Position numbers and translations under genes: made by a program
NCBI GenBank assembly: GCA_963845535.1
Contig: CAWJSK010000021.1
Location: forward strand, 86,665 to 150,664
Direction of reading: 5' to 3'
Origin: an uncultured Spirochaetota bacterium
Lineage (GTDB): Bacteria > Spirochaetota > Spirochaetia > SZUA-6 > Fen-1364
DNA: 64,000 bases
Part shown: positions 29,755-38,010 of the stretch, in pieces
How positions within the stretch are numbered: position 1 is the first letter of the stretch
Layout: each line of letters begins with the position of its first letter
The notes under the pieces: model-generated
The model's input: only the letters and a program-made list of their open reading frames with translations
Databases searched by the model: none
Told to the model about the DNA's origin: nothing

Positions 29755-31250
29755 AGTCGTGGGTGGGCCTCGTGATCGGCGGCATCCTGCTGGCATGGAC
29801 AGGCCCCGCGCTCTCCGCGCAGGCGGAGAGCCCGGCCGTCACGCTGACGATTGACCGCGCAATCTCGCAGGCGCTCGCCAATCAACCGCTCATCCAGCAG
29901 GCCCAGGCCGCCGTGGAAGCTGCCCGCGCCCGCGTGGGACAGGCCAACAGCTCGTACTACCCTTTCGTGAGCGGCAGCGGATCATACGACAGGCTGTCGG
30001 ATCAGAGCTTCGCCATATCATCGGTCCTGCCGCCCGCTCTTCTTCAGGGGGCCACCATACCGTCGAATATTGCGCCCTTGTTGAACGAGCCGTTCTCCCT
30101 GGTTCCCGTGAACGTGTGGGACTTTCACGTGGGGTTGAACCAGGTGATCTTCCAGTTCGGCAAGCGCGGCGTCCAGGTCAAGCTCGCTGAGAGCGGCGTC
30201 TCAGCCGCGCAGATCGGAGTCGAACAGATACGCCTGAGCCTCGCGTTCCAGGCAGCCCAGGGTTTCTACTCCGTGCTTTTCCTCCGAGACCAGGTTTCCG
30301 CCGTCAACGAGCAGCAGGCAAACCTTCAGGAGCACCTGGCGGCAACACGGGCAAAAGCGCAGGCGGGGACGGCCACGAAATATGACGAGCTTGCCACGGA
30401 GGTGCGCATCTCCACGCTCCAAAGCCAGCTCATCGACGCGCAGAATCAACTGGAGAAGCAGACAATAGCGTTCAAGCAGCTGCTGGGGATCCCCGAGTCC
30501 ACCCGGCTGGACTTGCAGGGTGAGTTCACGGCGCCGCCTGATGCGCCTGCATCGGAGGCTTCCCCCGCGGACGCCGCCGCAACCGAGCAGGCCCTGCTTG
30601 ATTCCGCCATGGCGCGGAGGCCCGAGATCCGGCAAGCGGAGGAAGGGGAAAGGGAGGCGGAGCTTGCCAGGCGGCTTGCCACCATGGGGGGTTGGCCAAC
30701 GGTCTCCGGGCATGCGTCTGTGGGCTACAAGAACGGCATTCTCCCGGATATCAACACACCGGCGTTCAACTGGGTTGCGGGCGTTCAGGTGAACGTCCCC
30801 ATCTTCGAGGGCTTCCTCATCACCAAGCAGGGAGAAGAGGCGGAGAAGAAGCTCGCTGCGGCCCGGGAGAGCACGCTTGCGGTGAAGCGCGCGGTGACAA
30901 CCCAGGTGCTCCAGGCCCTGCAGGACGTGGCGGCCGGACGGGACCAGGTGCAAAGCGCACAGCTCCAGCTTCAGCAGGCCAAAGACATGCTGGACGTCGT
31001 CAAGATACAGTACGACCTCGGGATGCTCACCAATCTGGAATACCTCGACGCGCAGGCCGCCCTCGAGCGGGCGGAGCTCGGCAGCCTGCTGGCGCAGTAT
31101 CGGGAGGTCCTGAACGAGTACGCCTTGCGGCAGGCCGCCGGCACCCCTGCCTGGCAGGCAACCCCGCCGCAAGGATCAGGGGCGGCGCAAGGGCCGTCTG
31201 CGGCCCCGGGGACCGCATCCCCGGGGACCACTTCCCCGGCTGGTCACTAG
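29751..31250 (+). CDS. TolC family outer membrane efflux protein
   Basis: Signal peptide; ALANQP..QQA..AVEAARA; two outer-membrane efflux repeats; YDLGMLTNLEYLDAQ. Confidence 0.88.
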   Translation: MKSWVGLVIGGILLAWTGPALSAQAESPAVTLTIDRAISQALANQPLIQQAQAAVEAARARVGQANSSYYPFVSGSGSYDRLSDQSFAISSVLPPALLQGATIPSNIAPLLNEPFSLVPVNVWDFHVGLNQVIFQFGKRGVQVKLAESGVSAAQIGVEQIRLSLAFQAAQGFYSVLFLRDQVSAVNEQQANLQEHLAATRAKAQAGTATKYDELATEVRISTLQSQLIDAQNQLEKQTIAFKQLLGIPESTRLDLQGEFTAPPDAPASEASPADAAATEQALLDSAMARRPEIRQAEEGEREAELARRLATMGGWPTVSGHASVGYKNGILPDINTPAFNWVAGVQVNVPIFEGFLITKQGEEAEKKLAAARESTLAVKRAVTTQVLQALQDVAAGRDQVQSAQLQLQQAKDMLDVVKIQYDLGMLTNLEYLDAQAALERAELGSLLAQYREVLNEYALRQAAGTPAWQATPPQGSGAAQGPSAAPGTASPGTTSPAGH

Positions 31251-31255
31251 AGAGA

Positions 31256-31669
31256 TCAAGCCGGACGGGACGCCTCGCGCCCGACACACGCGGCGCAGAG
31301 GCAGCCCCTCGGCTTGATGTAGGTATCGAAGTATTCCTTCCCGTAGTCATAGCAAAGCTCTTCCCCTGCCACGATTTTCCGGAGGGAATATATCTTGACC
31401 TTCCTGCCCCTGGTGTACGCCACGCAATTGGGCTTGCACGAGTGGTTGATGTAGCGGCTGAGGTTGTCCCGGCCGCGGCCGTCGATGGTCCACCGCGAGT
31501 TCACCCGAAACAGGTACTTGCCGCCCCTGCGGTCAGCTTCGTCGTTGGGCAGGAGGGCACCGGTGTATTCGATGATGAAATCCCCTCGCGGGAAGCCTCG
31601 TGCGGCAAACAACCCGAGCCCGCAGCGGCTTCTCTTAACCATGAACCAGTTCGAAGTATCTTCTCTCAT
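31256..31669 (-). CDS. SET domain protein (protein-lysine N-methyltransferase-like)
   Basis: GLGLFA, IIEYTG, RYINHSCKPN, GEELCYDY, post-SET CLCAAC. Confidence 0.9.
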   Translation of the reverse strand: MREDTSNWFMVKRSRCGLGLFAARGFPRGDFIIEYTGALLPNDEADRRGGKYLFRVNSRWTIDGRGRDNLSRYINHSCKPNCVAYTRGRKVKIYSLRKIVAGEELCYDYGKEYFDTYIKPRGCLCAACVGREASRPA

Positions 31670-31685
31670 CAGTGCGCATGAGACA

Positions 31686-33557
31686 TTACCGATCTCCCGC
31701 CTCACGCGCAATATCATGAATCAGGCCGGCCACGTCCCCGTCATGGACATAGCTCTTCAGCCTGGCGTCGAAATCCCGCGGTATCCAGAACCCGACGAGC
31801 ATCTGGCGCGCCTGATCGCGCAGCCCGGCGGCCATCTCCGTGTCACCCTGCCGCCTTGACGCCACCGAGGCGTAGGCCGCGGCGAGCAGCTTCGTGGCCG
31901 GTGAATTGATGGGACGGGACAAGGAGGCAAGGAACCAGGACGTGGCCGCCTGCCAGTCCTGCTCCTCGAATAAGGCAAGCCCCAGATCGAGCGGACCAAG
32001 GTAGTAGTCCGGAAACGCCTGATCCATCCAGTGCGCGGCGCTTTTGGCCTCATCATACCGGCCAAGGGCCAGCGAAGCGCTGAACGTCCAATCAGCCTTC
32101 AGGAATGGATTCACGCCCTGGTCCTGGCGAATATCGTCTGCAACCTTCAACCATCCCTCACGGTCCAGGCTCATGACGTGGGCCTTGGCCAGCGTGAAGA
32201 CGCGGTCCAGGAATGCACAGTCCTCCCGAAAGCTCCGCGTCTCGGCGAACGGATCCGCGGCGCGCCACTGGCTGACCCTGCCCGTGGCGAGGTCATACGC
32301 GAGAAACGGCCCGAAGCCCGCGTATGAGTCGCGGTAGGAAAAATACACCCGGTTCTCCGGCCAGTCGATGATGACGCTCTGGATGGTGGAGAAGTTGTTG
32401 ATCGTCTTGAAGGAATCCTGCTGGAGCGTCTGGTGAACGGGAAAATCCGCGTAGGAATAAAAATCGTGGTTGCCGAGGACTTCCCGGGAATAATCGACGA
32501 GCGGAGTCTCCGCCGCCGCGGCCTTCAAGACGCTCAGCTCATTTTCGCGTGCCAGGTTGTACTCAGCCTGGGACAGGATGGAGGCGTTTGCCCGGCGGTT
32601 CGCCGCCGAAAGCGGCGCGTTGGCGACGGACTGGATGTCACCCGTCATGGGCACCTTCGTCATTGCGTCTCCCAGGGACTCATAGAGGGCGGCGCTCCGC
32701 TCGTCCCGCGAAGAGACCTCGATGAAGTAGTGCGACGCCGCCGAGCGTTCCATGATGGAGTCCACGTCGGCGAGGGACGCGCTTTCCTCCAGCACTTCCT
32801 TGACCAGGAACCCGACCGGGATCACGTTCCGCCGGGCGTTCTTCGTGAACGCCGCCGTATTGACGGACGCGGCAATCCCCCGCTCGTTGAGCCCCGTGTA
32901 CACCCCGGGGAGCCCGGCAAAACCGATGTTGACGTAGGGGACCTTGCCGTCAATGGCAACCTTCGCGATCACCGGGTATCGCCACACAAGGTTCGCGGGC
33001 CAGGGGAAATCGAAGTTGCGGGCATGAACGACCTGGCCGCCCCGCCTGACCACCATCGAAGTGCAGCCTGTGTCGAATAGGATTTCCGGCGCCATGGCGA
33101 AGAAGAGATAGTCCGAGAAAGGAATCCCCGAGCCATCCGCAATTCCCTGCACCTCCTCTTCGAAGCCCGCGGGAAGCTCTCCGCGCATCTCACCGAGCTT
33201 CCCGTCCAGGGAGATCCGGAAGAAGAAGCGTCGAAGCCCCCCGCCGGTGAGCTGGTCAAGCAGCCGGTTGAACTCCGCGTACAGGGAGCGGATCTCAGGC
33301 CGCAGCAGGACGCCGTACTGAAGCCCGACTTCATAGGGCGGACCGGAAACCTCAAGGAGCGGAGTCCCATCCATATCCACCCGCCTGCCGGAATGGAAAA
33401 CGAGCGCATCCGCGGTCTTGTGCGGCTCCCTGTCAGGGACCGGAGGCGCTCCGACGCATGAAGAGATCAGGAGCGCAGCAAAAAGGGCCAGCGTCACGCG
33501 CACGACAGCCTTTTCGAATACGGCGACACGATCCTTTTTTGGAGTTGCCGGAATCAT
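31686..33557 (-). CDS. C45 family (Ntn-hydrolase, acyltransferase/acid ceramidase-like) lipoprotein with C-terminal TPR-like helices
   Basis: Lipobox LLISSC; G.PYEVGLQYG, EEVQGIADGSG, GCTS nucleophile, HARNFDF, GLNERG; an alternative in-frame ATG with strong RBS lies at 33731. Confidence 0.8.
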   Translation of the reverse strand: MIPATPKKDRVAVFEKAVVRVTLALFAALLISSCVGAPPVPDREPHKTADALVFHSGRRVDMDGTPLLEVSGPPYEVGLQYGVLLRPEIRSLYAEFNRLLDQLTGGGLRRFFFRISLDGKLGEMRGELPAGFEEEVQGIADGSGIPFSDYLFFAMAPEILFDTGCTSMVVRRGGQVVHARNFDFPWPANLVWRYPVIAKVAIDGKVPYVNIGFAGLPGVYTGLNERGIAASVNTAAFTKNARRNVIPVGFLVKEVLEESASLADVDSIMERSAASHYFIEVSSRDERSAALYESLGDAMTKVPMTGDIQSVANAPLSAANRRANASILSQAEYNLARENELSVLKAAAAETPLVDYSREVLGNHDFYSYADFPVHQTLQQDSFKTINNFSTIQSVIIDWPENRVYFSYRDSYAGFGPFLAYDLATGRVSQWRAADPFAETRSFREDCAFLDRVFTLAKAHVMSLDREGWLKVADDIRQDQGVNPFLKADWTFSASLALGRYDEAKSAAHWMDQAFPDYYLGPLDLGLALFEEQDWQAATSWFLASLSRPINSPATKLLAAAYASVASRRQGDTEMAAGLRDQARQMLVGFWIPRDFDARLKSYVHDGDVAGLIHDIAREAGDR

Positions 33558-33774
33558 CTTGTTTCTCCCTTCAACACCGGCCGGTTGAAAACCCGCCCAT
33601 AGAATCAGACGTTTCAGAAGCGGTTTTAATTCATTGCAGCCCTGCTGCTCTTGCAAAGTCCGCCGCGGCCCTATGCATCCATTGCGGCGGTCCTCTTGTC
33701 CGCCGAGCTTTTCTCCACTGGTCTTGCTCATATCGCCCTCCTCCACAGGCAGGTCCGAACTCGCCACGAAACGC

Positions 33775-33792
33775 TGACCAACTGGATAGTCA
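33775..33792. promoter_or_regulatory. Putative TetR operator (site 1)
   Basis: TGACCAACTGGATAGTCA, a TGAC-N10-GTCA palindrome upstream of the C45 gene. Confidence 0.7.
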
Positions 33793-33821
33793 AAACTGCA
33801 ATGTGCCACACGTACGACATT

Positions 33822-33839
33822 TGACTATCCAGATAGTTA
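33822..33839. promoter_or_regulatory. Putative TetR operator (site 2)
   Basis: TGACTATCCAGATAGTTA, nearly the reverse complement of site 1. Confidence 0.65.
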
Positions 33840-33879
33840 ATAAAGGATTCGCACGCCATGGGCACTCGGAAACCCTCCC

Positions 33880-34599
33880 CTACCTCTTGGGGTGAAAAAA
33901 GGACGTCGTTGCCGTCGAGTATATCTTCGAGAAGGTGGCGTAGAACTCCTCTTTCAGCTGCGTATCGTCCGTCTTGTAGTACTCGGCCCATTTGTCTTTC
34001 AGCAACTCGAAGAAGATCAAAGGAGCGAAACCGAAAAAGAAAGCCGGGAAGCGGATCTCATCGATGTTGCTCACCGTAACCCCTGCCTTCTTAAATGCAG
34101 GAAGCAGGGATGACATGTACTTATCCATCACGCGAAAAAGCGCGGGCACCTCATCATCATCTTTCAAAGCCTCGGTGCAGAGGATCCCCAGAAGGGAAAT
34201 GCGTCGGCTGGTAAGATCGATCCCGCTGCGCATGAGCTCTTTCGGTATATCTCCCGTGGCCAGGTTGACCTTCTCCGGCAGAGAATCAAAGACTGCCTCT
34301 TTTTCCGCCACGAGCTCACGGATCGCGCTGTTGACCAGCTCTTCCAGGAGGGCCTTCTTGCTCTCGAAATAGTAGTAGATGAGAGCCTTGTTCACGCCTG
34401 CCTCTTCGGCTATCTCATCCACCCGCGCGCCGTCAAAGCCCTTCCGGGAAAAGATCCGCTCAGCCGCGTCGAGGATCCGTTTTCGCGTCTGGAGGGCTTC
34501 TTCACTCAGGGCGGATTCGTGCGTCTTGCCGTGCTTTTTCGCTCGACGTTCTTTTGCCTTCGCTGGCATCATCTTCGAGGGAATCTCCTTCGCAGGCAT
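33880..34599 (-). CDS. TetR/AcrR family transcriptional regulator
   Basis: RILDAAERIFSRKGFDGARVDEIAEEAGVNKALIYYYFESK. Confidence 0.92.
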   Translation of the reverse strand: MPAKEIPSKMMPAKAKERRAKKHGKTHESALSEEALQTRKRILDAAERIFSRKGFDGARVDEIAEEAGVNKALIYYYFESKKALLEELVNSAIRELVAEKEAVFDSLPEKVNLATGDIPKELMRSGIDLTSRRISLLGILCTEALKDDDEVPALFRVMDKYMSSLLPAFKKAGVTVSNIDEIRFPAFFFGFAPLIFFELLKDKWAEYYKTDDTQLKEEFYATFSKIYSTATTSFFHPKR

Positions 34600-34611
34600 C
34601 TCCGCGCCTCC

Positions 34612-34658
34612 TGACCAACCATTTAGTCAAACTTAGTAGGTTTTCATATTCTTGTCAA
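34612..34658 (-). promoter_or_regulatory. tetR promoter with autoregulatory operator
   Basis: Minus-strand TTGACA-17 nt-TAAGTT followed by TGACCAACCATTTAGTCA (34612-34629) and an AGGAGG RBS. Confidence 0.7.
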
Positions 34659-34691
34659 TAGCGGTGAAACAGGTACCGCGGAGGCGTTTCG

Positions 34692-35588
34692 TCAGCGCGC
34701 GAAGAGGACCAGGAGCAGGAAAAGGAGAGGAAGATAGGAAACCGATATGCGCAGGAGGAGCCTTCCGGATCGCTTGTCTCTGCGAACCGCCGCGATTATC
34801 GAAAAGACGAGGAAGGCCGCTCCCAACCCAAGAGCCACGGGAAGGTAGACGATGCCGGCGAAGCCGGTCAAATACGGGAGGACGCTCACAGCCACAAGGA
34901 GCACCGCGGCGGCCGTGATTTCCGTGACGACCCACGGTCCCGACGCGCGGGAGGCGGTAACCACACGGATGCCGCCGCGCTGATAGTCCTCCCGGTACAT
35001 CAGCTCCAAGGCGAGGAAATGGGGAAACTGCCAGAAGAACAGGATGCCGAAGAGAATCCAGGCCTCCAGCCCCAGCGAGCCGCGCGCCGCTGCCCAGCCC
35101 AGAAGCGGCGGCATGGCGCCGGAGATTGCCCCCGGAATGGTGTGGTGCATTGTCCGCCGCTTGAGCGGCGTGTACAGGAAGATGTAGCTCACGAACGTAA
35201 AGAGGGCCACGAGCCCTGCAACGAGACCGAACCCCACGGTGAACCCGATGATGGCCACCGCGGTGAGGACAGACCCGAACGCCAGCGCCTCCTTCGGCGC
35301 AATGCGGCCGCTGGGGAGGGGACGGTGCACTGTTCGAATCATGAGCGCATCAGTGTCTCTCTCAGAATAGTGGTTCAGGGCAAAGATGCCGAAGGCAAGC
35401 AGGATGACCCCGAGCGCAGCCTCCCCGAGCTTCAACACGGGTACCGCCGGCGCAGTGGCAAGAGCGAAGGAGCCCGCGGCTACCACGAGGACCAGAAGGG
35501 TGATCCGCGGCTTGGTCAGGTCGAGGTACGCCCTGGCTTTCCCGAGGGCGCTGCGCTGCCGGGGGACGGCTGTTGCCTGTTGGCTCAT
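34692..35588 (-). CDS. cyoE: Protoheme IX farnesyltransferase (heme O synthase)
   Basis: LTKPRI, N...ERDTDALMIRTVHRPLPSG, YTPLKR, GAMPPLLGWAA, FFWQFPHF, YREDY. Confidence 0.92.
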   Translation of the reverse strand: MSQQATAVPRQRSALGKARAYLDLTKPRITLLVLVVAAGSFALATAPAVPVLKLGEAALGVILLAFGIFALNHYSERDTDALMIRTVHRPLPSGRIAPKEALAFGSVLTAVAIIGFTVGFGLVAGLVALFTFVSYIFLYTPLKRRTMHHTIPGAISGAMPPLLGWAAARGSLGLEAWILFGILFFWQFPHFLALELMYREDYQRGGIRVVTASRASGPWVVTEITAAAVLLVAVSVLPYLTGFAGIVYLPVALGLGAAFLVFSIIAAVRRDKRSGRLLLRISVSYLPLLFLLLVLFAR

Positions 35589-37012
35589 GCGCCACCGCGT
35601 GCAAGGGCAGGCTCGCGAAAACCGAATAAGCGTTCCGCTTTGATGACCCGGGCCACCTCGGCCGGGACCAGATCCTCCCATGACGGGTCCCCCGCTTGCA
35701 GCCGGGCCAGCACGTCCCGCGGAAGGATGGAAAGGTCTGCCGGAGTGGTGTCTCGGATTGCCTCCACGCAGTGGTTGTCCAGAAGGTACGCGTACAGGTG
35801 GCGCAGGGATGCGGGGGCCTGAAAGGTTTCCGCGGTCACTATCTCACCTGTTTCGCTGTCCTTCCAGGGGTAGACATAAAGGGTGACCGGGCCCCGCATG
35901 AGATGACCAATCGCCTCCAGCACGCCGCCCTCCAAGTCGCGATAATGCTCCTCATCGAAGAGCTGCTGGAGCGTCGGAATACCAAGCACCATCACGATCC
36001 TCTCATGCGTATAGCGGCGCAGGTAGGAGACCAGGTTGTGGAAGCGCGAATAGTTGGACACCATCACCGTCTTTCCCAGGACGCGGAGCGTGTCCATGCG
36101 CGCCAGGAAGTCCGCGTGCTCGACCTTCTCCCCGAGGGTCAGGAGGTTGCGCAGCGTCATCTCCATCAGGATGATGGGGTCCGGGCCTTTCGTGTCAGGG
36201 GCCTGGCGAAGCTGGGCCAGGGACTTATCCAGCATGTCGAGGGTTACCCGTGTTATGGGACGGAAGCTTCCGCGCTCCATGAGGACTGGCCTGTGGTACA
36301 GAAGCTCGGCAGGCTCCACGACGTCTCCGTCCGGGGAGAACACCGCGGCGTTCGTCAGCCTTTGCTCGACGAGCTGGAGGCTCATGAGGCGGTTGTCCAC
36401 CCCGCGGAACGCCGGCCCGGAGAACTTCAACATGTCCACTTCCATGCGGTCGCGCGTCAGCTCGTCCATGAGGGACCCTATCAACGCCTCCGGCGCGCCC
36501 GCCGAATAGAACGCCCCGTAGATGAGGTTGACGCCCAGAAGGCCGATGGCCTCCTGCTGCCGCACGTTGTCCAGGTCCCACATGCGGGCGTGGATGATGA
36601 TCTCAGAGGCCGGCCCGCGTGGCTCGCTCTGGAACCGGATGCCGAGCCAGCCATGACCGTCCTCCTGCCTCGTATGGCTCTTTGTTGCAACGGTGTCGGC
36701 AAAGACGAAGCAATGCGTCTTCTCCGCCCGCTTCGAATCCAGCCTCTCCAGAAGCAGCGTCCATTCGTGGTCCAGCATGGCCGCCAGGCGCTGCCGGCTC
36801 ACGTAGCGTTCGCCGGGGCCGTAGATGGCGTCAGAAACCGCCATGTCATATGCCGACATGGTCTTCGCAACCGTGCCGGCAGCCCCTCCGACGTGGAAAA
36901 ACCAGCGGGCAACTTCCTGCCCCGCGCCGATCTCCGCGAACGTGCCGTAGCGCGCGGCATCGATATTGATGCGCAGCGCCTTGTCATTCGCGCTCACCGT
37001 GTTCATGCCCAT
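35585..37012 (-). CDS. Conserved uncharacterised protein: CinA/PncC-like N-terminal domain plus nucleotidyltransferase-like C-terminal domain
   Basis: YGTFAEIGAGQEVARWFF..GGAAGTVAKTMSAYD...SDAIYG..RYVS (CinA-like); RGSFRPIT and a C-terminal S/P.R.V...L..GD..WEDLVP..VA..I (NadD-like). Confidence 0.65.
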   Translation of the reverse strand: MGMNTVSANDKALRINIDAARYGTFAEIGAGQEVARWFFHVGGAAGTVAKTMSAYDMAVSDAIYGPGERYVSRQRLAAMLDHEWTLLLERLDSKRAEKTHCFVFADTVATKSHTRQEDGHGWLGIRFQSEPRGPASEIIIHARMWDLDNVRQQEAIGLLGVNLIYGAFYSAGAPEALIGSLMDELTRDRMEVDMLKFSGPAFRGVDNRLMSLQLVEQRLTNAAVFSPDGDVVEPAELLYHRPVLMERGSFRPITRVTLDMLDKSLAQLRQAPDTKGPDPIILMEMTLRNLLTLGEKVEHADFLARMDTLRVLGKTVMVSNYSRFHNLVSYLRRYTHERIVMVLGIPTLQQLFDEEHYRDLEGGVLEAIGHLMRGPVTLYVYPWKDSETGEIVTAETFQAPASLRHLYAYLLDNHCVEAIRDTTPADLSILPRDVLARLQAGDPSWEDLVPAEVARVIKAERLFGFREPALARGGA

Positions 37013-37142
37013 GGAGCAACCGTTTTCTTCTTAAGCATCTGGTTGGAACCCTTTCGAGCCTTTGCAACATTCACCGAGTCTAAAGGTAATGCCTTTCGCC
37101 TTGAACAGCGAGCCCTTGCGGCGGCGTTGCGGAGGCACGGAA

Positions 37143-37178
37143 GCAGGCAGGCGGAGTGCAGGCAGGCGGAGTGCAGGC
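37143..37178. repeat. 15-bp tandem repeat, about 2.4 copies
   Basis: GCAGGCAGGCGGAGT x2 plus GCAGGC in the intergenic region. Confidence 0.8.
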
Positions 37179-37230
37179 GCGGCGAGCCCTCGACGCTTTC
37201 AGCGCCGTTGAGTAGAATGAGCCCAACGCG

Positions 37231-38010
37231 ATGAAAATACAGAATGAGCACGAGTTTCCTATCGGCTACACGGGGATCGGCGCCGACCATCCGGAGACAC
37301 TCATGGATTTCGGCATCCTTCGTCTGAAAGCCGGGCAATCTCATGTGTCGAAGCCGGGCAAGGAACGGGCTTTCATCCTTTTGGGGGGCACGGTGGAGCT
37401 TTCCTGGGACGGAAAAAAGCAGACTGTCTCCCGTGAGTCGCTCTTTGATCAGGCGCCCTGGTGCTTGAGCGTGCCGTCGGGCGTGGAGGCCACCATCACC
37501 GCGCAAGGCGGTGACGCTGAAGTCTCAGCTCATGCGACGGAGAATCCCGGTTCGTTTGCCCCGCGCCTGTACACGCCCGAAGACTGCCGCAGCGAAGAAC
37601 GCGGGAAAGGGACCATGAAGGAGACCTCGACGCGGATCGTCCGCACCATCATCGAGGACCCCAAGGGTGCGCACTCGAACCTCGTGCTTGGTGAGGTGAT
37701 CACGTTCCCCGGCAGGTGGTCGAGCTACCCGCCCCACCACCATCCGCAGCCTGAGATCTACCATTACCGGTTCCAGCGCCCCGAAGGTTTCGGCCTGTGC
37801 CAGATCGGGGATGAGGCGTACGTGCTGCGCAACAGGGACACGGTCATCATCCCGCCGGGCGCGGTCCACCCCCACACGGCCGCGCCAGGCTACGCGATGT
37901 TCTACATTTGGGTGATCCGCCACCTGGACGGCAACCGCTATGGGACCCCAACCTTCGTGCCCGAGCACACCTGGGTGACCGATCCGAAAGCCAGGATGTG
38001 GGGCCCTTAG
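37231..38010 (+). CDS. iolB: 5-deoxy-glucuronate isomerase
   Basis: Cupin with LVLGEVITFPGRWSSYPPHHH.QPEIYHYRF, HPHTAAPGYAMFYIW. Confidence 0.9.
   Translation: MKIQNEHEFPIGYTGIGADHPETLMDFGILRLKAGQSHVSKPGKERAFILLGGTVELSWDGKKQTVSRESLFDQAPWCLSVPSGVEATITAQGGDAEVSAHATENPGSFAPRLYTPEDCRSEERGKGTMKETSTRIVRTIIEDPKGAHSNLVLGEVITFPGRWSSYPPHHHPQPEIYHYRFQRPEGFGLCQIGDEAYVLRNRDTVIIPPGAVHPHTAAPGYAMFYIWVIRHLDGNRYGTPTFVPEHTWVTDPKARMWGP

Noticed and set aside
31256..31669. SET protein as a host-targeting effector
   Set aside because: No secretion signal or T3SS/T4SS genes in the window; short SET proteins are common in free-living bacteria.
37143..37178. CRISPR-like repeat
   Set aside because: Only 2.4 adjacent 15-bp units, no spacers and no cas genes.
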